From positions 64,001-128,000 of the IMG/VR virus record IMGVR_UViG_3300031950_000001: a DNA stretch of 64,000 bases. One strand, written 5' to 3'. Shown piece after piece: positions 30,270 through 40,463 of this stretch. Position numbers and translations under genes: made by a program. Position 1 is the first letter of the stretch, and each line of letters starts with the position of its first letter. The notes beneath the pieces were generated by a model. The model searched no databases and had not been told where the DNA came from. It saw only the letters and a list, made by a program, of their open reading frames with translations. Source of the DNA: a virus.

Positions 30270-31808
30270 ATGCAGCAGAACAGCCGTTTAGACCTCATTC
30301 TGTCCTATGTGATTCACAACCCTGCCTTTGCACGAACGGCATTTACACAGCTTACGGACGAGCATTTTAATCTGATGACCGAACAGCACTATCGGCTATT
30401 GTGGCAATTTCTAAAAATCTATTACCAGCAGTTTAGTAGCGTTCCGAGCCAAAGCGTACTGAAAGATAGCATTAAAGCGCTTAGTCGAGAAAATACGATT
30501 ATCTCAAAGCTAGAAGACAGCGTCCTTCAGCTTATTGATACCCTTTACAGTCGACCTTCAAGCGATTTCCAAGATACCGCTCATGCAAATCGCGTTTTGC
30601 AGGATTTCTTAGGAGAAGTACTCAAGCGAAACCTAGCCAAGAACCTTGAGCTCGCGTCCGATGCGCCGACGATTAAACTACCTAAGATCCTTCAAGAAGC
30701 CGAGGAGAAGTTGCGCCACATCTCGACGATTACAAATCCGGTCCCGACCGGGTCGATCGTCGATGCCCTTTTCCAGCAAGACGTAGGCGACATTGTACTG
30801 ACTGGTCTGCCATTTATTGACGACCACATGAAAATGCGGACAAAAAACGTAAATGTTCTTTTAGGGCCGACAGGCGGCGGCAAGACGACGCTTGCGTGCC
30901 AGATCCTAACCCAAGCAGCTCTAACCCTATATGCCGATGACCGTTTTCTCGGCAGAGAGCCGTCGGGATGGTTCGCGTATTTTGGATATGAAGGTCCTAT
31001 AGGCCGATCAGCATCCCTGATGATGAGTTATGCGGCCAGAATCCCAAGAAATGTATTAGTTAATCTACGTAGCCTAGACGAGCTTTCAACGACCGAGAGA
31101 CCAAGTGATTCCGATAGAGAACTTAGAAATCGAGGTGAAATACCGAGACTTGTCGGACAACGAGAGCGATTTGAAGAAGCCCAAAGCATCTTATCCAAGT
31201 ACGTTAAAATATTTGACTTTTCCGGAGGAAAAGATAAAGACGGTCGATCATACGGACATGGCGGTATCGACGAAATCGCCTCATTTGTCGACCATCATTG
31301 CAGTCAAACAAAGCTCCTGCCGAAGCTAATCGTTATCGATTGGGCAGGGATGGTTGTCCAGCGTTATATTAGTGCCCATAATCAGTCCGATAAAAACCTG
31401 ATCATAGAACTGGGTCGGTTTGTTGATAAGGTCTATAATAAAATTGCGAGTCCGTATAACTGCGTTGTGCTTGTCGTTCATCAGCTAAGAGGGGCCGTCC
31501 AACGCAACAAAACCATGTGCATGTCCGCCACCCACGCGGATGCGGCATGGTGCTCGGATTTTGGGGTTAACGCTTCGTACGTTTTCTGTCTTGGCGATAA
31601 AGACCCTGATACGAACGTCTGTCTGTTGCGATGGACAAAGACGCGGGACGGCAAGACTCCGCCTCCCATCGTTTGCCAGTTGGACGGCGAACTCTCTCGA
31701 TTTGTGACCGTTGATGACCTTTATCAATACGACTACGTCATTAAGCAGATTGTGCCGCGTGAGAAAGAGACGAGCCGAAAACCTCGTGTGTTTAGCGTCG
31801 ATTTTTAG
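30270..31808 (+). CDS. dnaB: replicative DnaB-like helicase
   Basis: GPTGGGKTT, GYE, IVIDW, VVHQL and KTR motifs. Confidence 0.85.
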   Translation: MQQNSRLDLILSYVIHNPAFARTAFTQLTDEHFNLMTEQHYRLLWQFLKIYYQQFSSVPSQSVLKDSIKALSRENTIISKLEDSVLQLIDTLYSRPSSDFQDTAHANRVLQDFLGEVLKRNLAKNLELASDAPTIKLPKILQEAEEKLRHISTITNPVPTGSIVDALFQQDVGDIVLTGLPFIDDHMKMRTKNVNVLLGPTGGGKTTLACQILTQAALTLYADDRFLGREPSGWFAYFGYEGPIGRSASLMMSYAARIPRNVLVNLRSLDELSTTERPSDSDRELRNRGEIPRLVGQRERFEEAQSILSKYVKIFDFSGGKDKDGRSYGHGGIDEIASFVDHHCSQTKLLPKLIVIDWAGMVVQRYISAHNQSDKNLIIELGRFVDKVYNKIASPYNCVVLVVHQLRGAVQRNKTMCMSATHADAAWCSDFGVNASYVFCLGDKDPDTNVCLLRWTKTRDGKTPPPIVCQLDGELSRFVTVDDLYQYDYVIKQIVPREKETSRKPRVFSVDF

Positions 31809-31820
31809 AAGGAGCGTTTC

Positions 31821-32945
31821 GTGTTGCCTCTAAACGTCGAGCTTTATTCGATTCTCGAAAAAACCTTTGGATCCGTAAAGATCGCCAAAACCGGCGAACC
31901 GTTCCGCTATAATGCCGGAACGTTTGCCGGTTCTTCTTTTTTCGAAATCATCGATTACGGTGAAACGTACCGAGTCTGCTGTCCGTTCTGTCTGAAACGG
32001 GGCGATCCTGATCACCGCTACCGGCTATGGATCAGCCATGTTTGGGGCTGTTACATGCCCGAGTTGGATCGCAGACTATGGACAGCGGCAAAGTGCTTTC
32101 ATAATGACTGCTTGGCAGATAAAGACGCGCTCAACGCGCTTATCGACATGGTTTTTATCTCGACATACAACATTTCGACGACGGATTTCGTGTATCCGGA
32201 AATAGAAGAACGAACGATTCCAGACCTTCCAGGCGAGTGTATTCCTCTTACTCAGCTTCCACCAGATCATAAAGCTATCGTCTTTTTGAAGCAGCGGAAT
32301 TTTGATCCAGCGGAGCTATTTTCAAAATTTGGGGTGATGTACTGCCATAACTCATCACAGTACCCTTATGCTATCGACAAACTCGTCTTTCCGATCGACT
32401 TTGAAGGCCGACGAGTAGGTTGGCAATGCCGTTATATTGGCAATTCACCCAAGAACATGCCAAAGTATTTCTCGGCTCCCGGAATGAGCATTAGCCGCTA
32501 TGTCTACAACTATGATACGGCCAAAAACCACCCGTATGGGGTAATCGTGGAAGGGGTTTTCGACGCCATTCGAATCGGCTATGCGATTGCTGTTTTTGGA
32601 AAGACCATAAGCCGAGCGCAACTTTCACTTATTACCTCTACATGGAACAAATGCCTTGTATTCCTTGACCCCGATGCTGCCTATGACGCCGAGAAGATTG
32701 TCAGTACTTTGCGGCAGAACGGCGTCAAGGCGATTGCAATTACCGGGCATCCATCCGATCCCGGAAAGATGCCTGCGGAAATATGCCATCAGTGGATCGA
32801 CAAAGCTTTGACGACGCTGGAACATGATAATACCCCCTCGATCGAGGGATCCGAAGAGCCCTTTGCGGATTACAGTACGGCTATTGAGCAGACAATTCGT
32901 CGTCTCGAGGCCAGCCGCAATGGACATGAGCAGCCCAAAATTTGA
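31821..32945 (+). CDS. dnaG: DNA primase (DnaG-like, Zn finger + TOPRIM)
   Basis: CPFC...CF zinc motif, VEGVFDA, LDPDA. Confidence 0.9.
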   Translation: MLPLNVELYSILEKTFGSVKIAKTGEPFRYNAGTFAGSSFFEIIDYGETYRVCCPFCLKRGDPDHRYRLWISHVWGCYMPELDRRLWTAAKCFHNDCLADKDALNALIDMVFISTYNISTTDFVYPEIEERTIPDLPGECIPLTQLPPDHKAIVFLKQRNFDPAELFSKFGVMYCHNSSQYPYAIDKLVFPIDFEGRRVGWQCRYIGNSPKNMPKYFSAPGMSISRYVYNYDTAKNHPYGVIVEGVFDAIRIGYAIAVFGKTISRAQLSLITSTWNKCLVFLDPDAAYDAEKIVSTLRQNGVKAIAITGHPSDPGKMPAEICHQWIDKALTTLEHDNTPSIEGSEEPFADYSTAIEQTIRRLEASRNGHEQPKI

Positions 32946-33057
32946 TTCCGGAATCAAATTTTGATGCGAAAAGGCAAACCGACGGCATTTAATATTGGGA
33001 GGGCGGTTTCGGGCCGCCCGCGGCGATGTTTGTTAGCTAGTCGAAGGAGAGCCCGTC

Positions 33058-35964
33058 GTGTTTGACGTCCTAAGGACTTGCGCACCAGAAGACCTCATGA
33101 ATCTTGCTACGACGAGGTCAAGACTAACCGGGGAGCGGCTAGAGGACGCTCTCCTAGGTCTATGCTACGATTTCATTCAATCTAAAGGCAATCACTCGAT
33201 TTCGATTCGATACAAGACCGCGTCGTACCATTTCCCAGTGTTAGGCGGGCATTTGTGGAATGGCCGTCCCGGCAGGTCGGATATTGTCATTATTGGTAAA
33301 AATCCAGGCTCGACCGAAATGGCGTTCGGCTGTAATTTCGTCGGCCCTAGCGGCGAAGTCCTTCGCGAAGCTCTTAAGGAGCTAGGATTTACCGACGATC
33401 AGTTTAAGTCGATCTATGTTACGAACGTTATCAAGTGGTACCCGAAGTCCATTCCAAATAACGCCTTTCCGGCAAATTGGATGGAAGTTGGTCGATTCAT
33501 TTTAGCTCTGGAGCTCATTCAGATAAAACCGAAGATCATCCTTTTATTAGGTACGGATGCCGTTAAAGCCGTTCTCGGCTCAAAATACACGCTGAAGGGC
33601 TGCCTTCATAAAGAACTACGACGGAAAATCACAGATACGCACGAAGCGAGGGTCTTTGTCGCTACCCATCCTGCAGCGATAGCCCGGAATCGGGAGCTAT
33701 TTAAGCTTTTCGTGTCCGAGCTCGCCGATTTCGCAGGAGCCATTCTGAATAGGCAATTTCCGACTCGGAATAGCCAAATTAAGATCGACGTTATTCGCCG
33801 AGCCGAAGACCTGCAAAAGCTTGTCAATGAGATTAAGCAAACGCCTGGTCTGATAAAGCTTGCCGTAGACCTCGAATGGGAAGGCCAATTCCCGGTTAAT
33901 AAAGGTGCCTACGTCAGGACCATTCAGCTTTCGCATCGACCCGACTATGCCGTCGTTATCCTACTTCATGACGTAGACGGCAAGCCCTGTTTTCAGCCTT
34001 CTGTCGAGGCTGCAACAGAGCTTTTGAAGGAAATCTTCTCGTTACCGAATCTTCAGATCGGAGGTGCCAATATCGCAGCGGACTATCCTTGGCTGAAATC
34101 CCTTGGGATCGATATTCTCGAACCACGAGGAACGATCCCTGAAGACGCAACCGGACCAGACTATCCGGGGATTTTTGACGTCGCATTGGCGGAGCATTCG
34201 TATAACGAGAATGCTCGATATGATCTGGAAAGTCTGGCCGTTTCGCGTTGCGGTTTTAAGCCGTGGTCCGAAGAGCTTGAAAAATGGAAACGGAAACGCT
34301 GCAATGAATTGAACATTACCGAAAAGCAGCTCTCCGGGTACGGCGCATGCCCGGATCATATTCTTATCCCCTATGCCGCAACGGACGCTGCGGCAACGCG
34401 AAGTCTTATGGATGTTTATTCTGCGGTTTTAGAGACCGGCGATCCTGCAACCGGAAATGATGTCTTTCAAGTTTTCAAGGTATCAATGAAAGGGCTTGCC
34501 GCCGTCATGCATATGCATGATGTCGGCGTTAAGGTCAATAAAAACCAAATTGATAAACTCACGCTTTCGTACATGGAAGTGCTCCATGAGCGGCTTGAGG
34601 AATTTCGCGCAAAAATCAATTGGCCAGACTTCAATCCCCGTAGCTACTATCATGTAACGGAATTCCTGTTTGGCGACGCGTTGACCCGAAAGGTTGATGC
34701 GGAGGGCCGGCGCATTCGCGTACGGCCTACTGGAGCGCTGACGCTCAACTTAACGCCGATCAAAACCACGAACAAAAAATCGTGGTCTGGAAGTCCCATC
34801 GAAAATCCGAGTACGGATAAAGAGGTTTGCGGTATTTTGGCCCTTCAGCATCCGCTGGCAGGCGAGCTTCGGGACATTAAATTCATTGATCACGTCCTTA
34901 AAAGCGTCCTACGGCTTCCCAAACGCGACGGGGACAAGTTTATTACCGATGAAGATGGCAATCTAGACTATGATGAAGGGATTGCCTCATTCATATGCGA
35001 CGATGGACGGATTCATGGCATGTTCTCGATCCTCGCCGAAACCGGTCGGCTCCGAAGTTCCCGACCCAATCTGCAAAATATGGCCAAAAGCCGCGAAAGC
35101 GCTTATGAGGCCATTGCCAAAGATAAATATCCTGGTCCTATCCGTAGCATTTTTACGGCGGAACCCGGCTATCTGCTTATTGAAGCAGATTTCAAAGTAG
35201 CCGAGGTCTTCTGTCTCGCCGTAATGTCCCAAGATCCGCTACTTTTAGAGCATTGTATGCGGGCAACGCTGCCCGAAAGCGATCCCAATTATTACGATAT
35301 CCACTCCAATGTAGCCGTAAACGCCTTCCATCTCGACTGTGCGCCGACGAAGAAAGCCCTTGCTGCGATTGGTAAAGCCCACCTAAGAGTGGGGGCTAAA
35401 GCCGTACTCTTTGGAGGGATGTATGGCCGTGGCGCCGACGCCATTGCCAGACAGTGCCAACAGGAGGGAGTCCATCTTACCGTCGAGGACGCCGAAAAGA
35501 TCATGAATGCGATCTTTTCGACCTATAAAGATGCGGCGCACTATCTGGAAACCTTAGAGGCGAGGGTTGACAGCCCTGGCTGGATTAGGACATACTTTGG
35601 TCGGATTCGGCATTTCTTCCCCTCTGCCGATCCGGCAGAACAAGGGCATCAGAGACGGCAAGCTCGCAATTTTGTTATGCAATCCACCGTGGCGGACGCC
35701 ATGAATCTGACTCTGTATGCCCTATATTGTAATCAGGCTCGTAAGCAATTAGGATATAGGATCGTGCTGCAGATGCACGATGCGTTTTTGTTGGAGGTAC
35801 CCGAAAAGTATGTCGACGTTGTTGCGAAGGAGATCATTCCAAAGTGTGTCGAAAGCGTTCGCTTTCGACCGTGCACTCCCGATGGAGAGCCATATGGATC
35901 TTACTATCATTTCTGTCCAGAGGTTGATGTCTATGAACAATGGGGCGTTCCTTTGAAGCGTTGA
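33058..35964 (+). CDS. polA: family A DNA polymerase with N-terminal uracil-DNA-glycosylase-like domain
   Basis: UDG-like GKNPG..FVGPSG, TNVIK, HPAA; exonuclease DLE, NIAAD, YAATD; polymerase TGRLRS, ADF..AE, AK..LFG..YG, MHDA. Confidence 0.93.
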   Translation: MFDVLRTCAPEDLMNLATTRSRLTGERLEDALLGLCYDFIQSKGNHSISIRYKTASYHFPVLGGHLWNGRPGRSDIVIIGKNPGSTEMAFGCNFVGPSGEVLREALKELGFTDDQFKSIYVTNVIKWYPKSIPNNAFPANWMEVGRFILALELIQIKPKIILLLGTDAVKAVLGSKYTLKGCLHKELRRKITDTHEARVFVATHPAAIARNRELFKLFVSELADFAGAILNRQFPTRNSQIKIDVIRRAEDLQKLVNEIKQTPGLIKLAVDLEWEGQFPVNKGAYVRTIQLSHRPDYAVVILLHDVDGKPCFQPSVEAATELLKEIFSLPNLQIGGANIAADYPWLKSLGIDILEPRGTIPEDATGPDYPGIFDVALAEHSYNENARYDLESLAVSRCGFKPWSEELEKWKRKRCNELNITEKQLSGYGACPDHILIPYAATDAAATRSLMDVYSAVLETGDPATGNDVFQVFKVSMKGLAAVMHMHDVGVKVNKNQIDKLTLSYMEVLHERLEEFRAKINWPDFNPRSYYHVTEFLFGDALTRKVDAEGRRIRVRPTGALTLNLTPIKTTNKKSWSGSPIENPSTDKEVCGILALQHPLAGELRDIKFIDHVLKSVLRLPKRDGDKFITDEDGNLDYDEGIASFICDDGRIHGMFSILAETGRLRSSRPNLQNMAKSRESAYEAIAKDKYPGPIRSIFTAEPGYLLIEADFKVAEVFCLAVMSQDPLLLEHCMRATLPESDPNYYDIHSNVAVNAFHLDCAPTKKALAAIGKAHLRVGAKAVLFGGMYGRGADAIARQCQQEGVHLTVEDAEKIMNAIFSTYKDAAHYLETLEARVDSPGWIRTYFGRIRHFFPSADPAEQGHQRRQARNFVMQSTVADAMNLTLYALYCNQARKQLGYRIVLQMHDAFLLEVPEKYVDVVAKEIIPKCVESVRFRPCTPDGEPYGSYYHFCPEVDVYEQWGVPLKR

Positions 35965-35976
35965 GAGGAGCTGCAG

Positions 35977-36258
35977 ATGTATGTCAATCACAACGAAGTC
36001 TGCCCCGTTTGCAGGTACCATCGATTCATTGTTCAATTCAAAAATGAATACGACATGGACTGTATATGTCCCATGTGCGGCTATCGAATAGCACCCGAAT
36101 ATCCTGATCTTCGGTATATTGATATGATTCGAGATAAGGTAAGAAAATTGACAGAGGAAGAAGAAGACGAGATTTATAAAGCATATTTCGAGACGGGTTA
36201 TAGTTATTTGGAACGGGTTTTTCTGGGTTTTGGTAAAAAGGAGAAGGACGATGTTTGA
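35977..36258 (+). CDS. zinc-ribbon protein
   Basis: CPVC...CPMCG. Confidence 0.65.
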   Translation: MYVNHNEVCPVCRYHRFIVQFKNEYDMDCICPMCGYRIAPEYPDLRYIDMIRDKVRKLTEEEEDEIYKAYFETGYSYLERVFLGFGKKEKDDV

Positions 36259-37243
36259 GTTTGACGAAACTGTCGGTCGTTCAACGGTTCTGTTGAAAAA
36301 CGAATTCGAGGGAAAGTATGGTATCGTATACCCCATTTGGGGTAGTGCGACGAATGTTTTCCGAATCTTGCCTGGAAGACTGCCAAACGGTGATCTCGTT
36401 AACGGCGTATCGTACAACGGTCGGTGCGGTCCGTGGATTCATCTAGTCTACGGAATGACCGTTACGTCGCCGACACGCCAGAAGACGTTCTTTATTGGCG
36501 ACCGGGCGACGCATGATGAGTACAGCATGCAGAGGTCATTGGCCTACCAAGTGTACTCAACCGTTTATGACGTGATTGCCAGCGGCAGCAAGCCCGAATG
36601 GCGGGAATATAATCTTATAAGGCTCCGTGGCGAGGCGTTTGATGCGACTCGTCCGACAGTACTTCGCAGACCGGGCATATTTTACCTTGTGTTTGCCGAA
36701 GTGCTTGAGCACAGCCAAAAAGAGAGCATAAGCCCAAATCCGCCTGTCGTACTTGTACTGACGCAGACGGCAGGACAGGCACTGGTTATGGCGGCCAGGA
36801 AGGCGTTCAGTCTTGGCAAGGATATCGTTAAGGACGGCATTAAGGTCAATATTCGACCCACCCATCTTGGTTCCCCGTATCCGGCTCTTTGTACCGAAAA
36901 GGGCAATGCCGGATTTGCGGTAGATATTCTAGCAGAGGCGATTCCTCATCCAATAAGTGAGGAAACGCTAACCCAAATCCGGCCGTGGTCCGAGATCCTC
37001 AAATTTGCGTCGGACGACGAGCAGAAGGAGATCTTCCGCGAGATGCTGCCTCGTGACGTAGTTAAATACCTCTTCGGCGAAGATGCTGTCGAGGATTCGC
37101 CCGCTTTCGATGACATTCCGTTCGATGTGCCGGATACGGGTCCTACCCCGTTACAATCCGAACAACCGGCGGACGATATGAAGACAATCGATATTCTCAG
37201 ACAGTCGATCGAGGCGTTCCATAAGAAATATAAAATCGAATAA
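36251..37243 (+). CDS. putative single-stranded DNA-binding protein
   Basis: FRILP motif, acidic FDDIPFD tail, position between polymerase and recombinase. Confidence 0.5.
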   Translation: MFEFDETVGRSTVLLKNEFEGKYGIVYPIWGSATNVFRILPGRLPNGDLVNGVSYNGRCGPWIHLVYGMTVTSPTRQKTFFIGDRATHDEYSMQRSLAYQVYSTVYDVIASGSKPEWREYNLIRLRGEAFDATRPTVLRRPGIFYLVFAEVLEHSQKESISPNPPVVLVLTQTAGQALVMAARKAFSLGKDIVKDGIKVNIRPTHLGSPYPALCTEKGNAGFAVDILAEAIPHPISEETLTQIRPWSEILKFASDDEQKEIFREMLPRDVVKYLFGEDAVEDSPAFDDIPFDVPDTGPTPLQSEQPADDMKTIDILRQSIEAFHKKYKIE

Positions 37244-37339
37244 CGGGAAATAGTGCGTGAGGAGCACGGACAGGACGTCCGTGTCGCCTTCTTTTTGCAA
37301 AATTTGATTCCGGAATCAAATTTTTTGGAGGAGTTGGTG

Positions 37340-38596
37340 ATGGGTCGCCCTATGGACGATAGTCTCGAAAGCGCCTTAAAGGTGCTTCAAAGCAAGCTTT
37401 CGCGGGAGTCCAAGATGGTCAGCAATAGCCCGACATTAATGGTGGGCTTGCCTGTTCCATCTCTGGCGATTCGATATCTATTGCAAAATACAGGGCTACC
37501 GTTGGGCGTTGTTTACCATCTTGTCGGTCCGCCCGCATCATTTAAATCCACGCTTGCGGTGGAGATTGCCAGATGGCATCATGCTTGCGGCGGTGCTGTC
37601 ATTATTTGCGAAGCCGAGACAAAACCGACGCCTGTTCTTCGAGAAAGCATTCTAGGCAAAGACCCGCCCCGGGTCCTTGTCCATGAATGCCTATTTCTTG
37701 AAGAATGGCAAAAGGTTATCCTCGAAGCCGTCAAAATCATGCAAGATAGACAAGGCGACACTCAAAAACCGGTCGCCTTTATCGTCGATAGCTATATGGG
37801 TAAATTGCCTCGCAAGCTTTATGACGACGTTTTGCGGCAAGGATTTGCCCAACGTCATTTTGGCGAGGCAGCTATGCTTATCGGCGACTGGTTAAGTGCC
37901 TATACCTCCACCGTGCAGGGATATCCCTATAACCTAATAGGGGTAAATCATCTTAAAGAGTCCGTTCATCCCATTACCGGGATGCCTGTCTATCGCACTC
38001 CGGGTGGTCAGTATTTGCGGCATCAAAACTCGATTGAAATCCGAGTAAACCGCAGCAAAACGGAGCAGCGGAAGGCAGGTGATCTGGTCTACTATGAGAC
38101 GCTCATTCAGCTTTATACGTCAAAAAACTGTCGCGGTGCGCAGGACAAGAAGATCGCCGTCGTTTTGCGCCAATGGAACGAAGTTGTCGATGATAAGCCT
38201 ACGCTTATCAGCAATTTTGAGTGGTGGGAAGCCGCCACCTGGATGCTCTACGACGGAACAGGAATGCCAAAAACAGACTGCGAAATCCTGCTTCCGAAAG
38301 TAAAGAAGGTCATTGACGTCAAAAAGCGTTCGCGAGGCGATCTCTTCTACTGCGAGCAGTTAGGAATTCCTCAATCGGATCCGATTCCGGCACATGAAAT
38401 GGGCCTTAAGATCGAGGAGCGTGAAGACATCCTTCACGAGCTCTACAAAATATTCGGCATTAACGTTATGGATCTCTATAACGCCGAGCAGCCGCTACTG
38501 AAGAGATCCGTAACTACGGGCGACGACTATGACAGTCCGATGGAGACGATGAAAGAGGGTATCCCTGACCTTAGTTTTGAAGGGGACGAGGTGTGA
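37340..38596 (+). CDS. recA: RecA/UvsX-like recombinase
   Basis: GLP.G...GPPASFKST (UvsX-type Walker A), EAE, IVDS, VNH, TPGG. Confidence 0.88.
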   Translation: MGRPMDDSLESALKVLQSKLSRESKMVSNSPTLMVGLPVPSLAIRYLLQNTGLPLGVVYHLVGPPASFKSTLAVEIARWHHACGGAVIICEAETKPTPVLRESILGKDPPRVLVHECLFLEEWQKVILEAVKIMQDRQGDTQKPVAFIVDSYMGKLPRKLYDDVLRQGFAQRHFGEAAMLIGDWLSAYTSTVQGYPYNLIGVNHLKESVHPITGMPVYRTPGGQYLRHQNSIEIRVNRSKTEQRKAGDLVYYETLIQLYTSKNCRGAQDKKIAVVLRQWNEVVDDKPTLISNFEWWEAATWMLYDGTGMPKTDCEILLPKVKKVIDVKKRSRGDLFYCEQLGIPQSDPIPAHEMGLKIEEREDILHELYKIFGINVMDLYNAEQPLLKRSVTTGDDYDSPMETMKEGIPDLSFEGDEV

Positions 38597-39834
38597 GCGG
38601 TCAAACTCCTTTTTGGTCGTTTGTCGAAACGTTATTGGAAATTGACCCTGAAACGACAATTGTGGACGCAAGACAGTCCGTTGTCGGCCAGATTCCAATC
38701 GGGAAACCGGTTAGGATCGAAAAGGCCCGTCCGGACACACACTATAATTTCCTTATTGTCGACGGCAAAGGACTTCAGAAGTGCAAGTCCGAAATTGCCA
38801 GCTTAACGTTCGATAATTTGGTCGTTCTTTCCGAAGGGACAAAGAACGATGAAGCGTTGAATTTTATGACATTTGTGGATGCTCATTTCGAGTCGGTTCC
38901 CGATATTTCGATGTATCTACCCGATTGTACCATTGAAAAGAACTGTCCCTATAAATGGTTGTTTGCGTGTCGAATTACGGCGAAGAAGGAGGAAGCTATG
39001 TCTTTGGAACCTGAAACTGTGCCGGTTAGTCAGCCAAATCTCGAAGACAGCTCGAACGAGCTTATGCCGAGTCCATCCGGCGATGCGGTCGTAGACCACA
39101 CTATTGAGGGGTTTGGGGCCGTAAATCTCGACGGGCTGTACGACTTTGAGAAGCCAATTGTTTCTCAGATATGCGAACATATCAATGAGCATGTAAAACG
39201 AACGTTAGAGTGGTATTGGAAACTGGGAAAACTGGTGTATAAGCTAAAGCGCGAAGAGGATAAACATAATTGTTCGTTTCACGAGCGACTCGAAGTCTTA
39301 CGACAGATGCTCGATAATCGTACGATCCGGACGCTTTTAAACGCAAAAATGATTTATGAACGATGGTCGAATCTGGAAGAGTTCAAGAAGGTCATTAGCT
39401 ATAACGAAAGCCCTGAACGTCAAGGTATGCTGAGCTTTCGTCATTTACTTGCTCTTGCCCGGATCGACGATGACGAGAAAGTCGATGAGCTTGCCCAGGC
39501 TGTCGTCACTAAAGGAATTGCCGCGCAGGAGCTGGAAGCGATACTGATAGGTAAAACAGGCAAGCGTCGCGGTCCGGGTCGAGGTGTTAATGTTCCTGAA
39601 TCCATCGAGGAAAGGCTATATAAATTAAATAGACATGCAGCCGCGTTTCGCAAAGTTCTCGAGGCGCTTTATGCGGGCGGAAAGTTTGCTTCTGATTTAG
39701 AACAATTGAACGTCGACGATGAAATAGAGCTCGTAATAGTGAATGCAATAGATGCGTTAGAAGATATATCGTCAATGGCGCAGGTTCTACTGCAGACGTT
39801 TGATAAAATGACCCGTAGTAAAGATCGAGATTAA
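38593..39834 (+). CDS. DNA-binding protein with DUF1016_N/ParB-HTH-like C-terminal region
   Basis: WYWKLGKLV...LSFRHLLALARIDD...ELAQAVVTKGIAAQELE; strong internal in-frame RBS/ATG at 38998. Confidence 0.55.
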   Translation: MSGQTPFWSFVETLLEIDPETTIVDARQSVVGQIPIGKPVRIEKARPDTHYNFLIVDGKGLQKCKSEIASLTFDNLVVLSEGTKNDEALNFMTFVDAHFESVPDISMYLPDCTIEKNCPYKWLFACRITAKKEEAMSLEPETVPVSQPNLEDSSNELMPSPSGDAVVDHTIEGFGAVNLDGLYDFEKPIVSQICEHINEHVKRTLEWYWKLGKLVYKLKREEDKHNCSFHERLEVLRQMLDNRTIRTLLNAKMIYERWSNLEEFKKVISYNESPERQGMLSFRHLLALARIDDDEKVDELAQAVVTKGIAAQELEAILIGKTGKRRGPGRGVNVPESIEERLYKLNRHAAAFRKVLEALYAGGKFASDLEQLNVDDEIELVIVNAIDALEDISSMAQVLLQTFDKMTRSKDRD

Positions 39835-39983
39835 AAATTCGCATCCGGGATTTTTCTTGGCCTGAAGGACGTCAGGCCGCATTTTTTAATCCGAAAATTC
39901 CTGCCCGCCCGACGACGCGGTCGGCCAGTTACTGGCTGAAAAGTCGTCATTTTAACCCTCCCATTTTACTTTTTGATTTTATT

Positions 39984-40428
39984 CCGGGGACCTGGCGGTC
40001 GCCGGGGACTAGAAGCGTCTCAAAAATGAGACATTTCTAGATGACAATCGGAAATAGCGTCTGTTCGGCAGGCGCGCATTTCAAGAAGGTTTTAGCCAGA
40101 CGCATTGTCGTCTATGGCCGAAAGAATATTCGACCGACGACCGCCAAATTGTAGCCAGCAGCATAACGGCCGTTGGCAGATTAGTTGTATCGGCCCATCA
40201 GATCGCCCGCGCCAGTGTGCTAGGCGAACATTTATCGTGTTTAACTATGGGCGGCGAATGGCTAAAAAGGAGATTAAAACTATCGGTAGGGTTCAGAACG
40301 AACCTTTACCCTGCCGACAGTATTCTACGGGCCCGCAGGAAGCCCGATTACGCTATTTTGCGACTGTTATTCTAGAAATATCTCATTTTTGAGGCGCTTC
40401 TAGTCCCCGGCGACCGCCAGGTCCCCGG
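39984..40428. ncRNA. candidate large structured ncRNA (or origin) bounded by a long inverted repeat
   Basis: 58-bp IR 39984-40041/40371-40428 with 2 mismatches, extending imperfectly; nested internal stems. Confidence 0.55.
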
Positions 40429-40463
40429 GGTCGGGGGCGCTTAGCTATTAAAGGTCGGGAAAA

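Noticed and set aside
12413-31808. YADD strings as reverse transcriptase motifs (in sbcD and dnaB)
   Set aside because: They lie inside clear Mre11 and DnaB proteins without other RT motifs; no RT gene is recognisable in this window.
37520-37560. RecA Walker A FKS seen as an inactivating change
   Set aside because: T4 UvsX-type recombinases have the same FKS variant.
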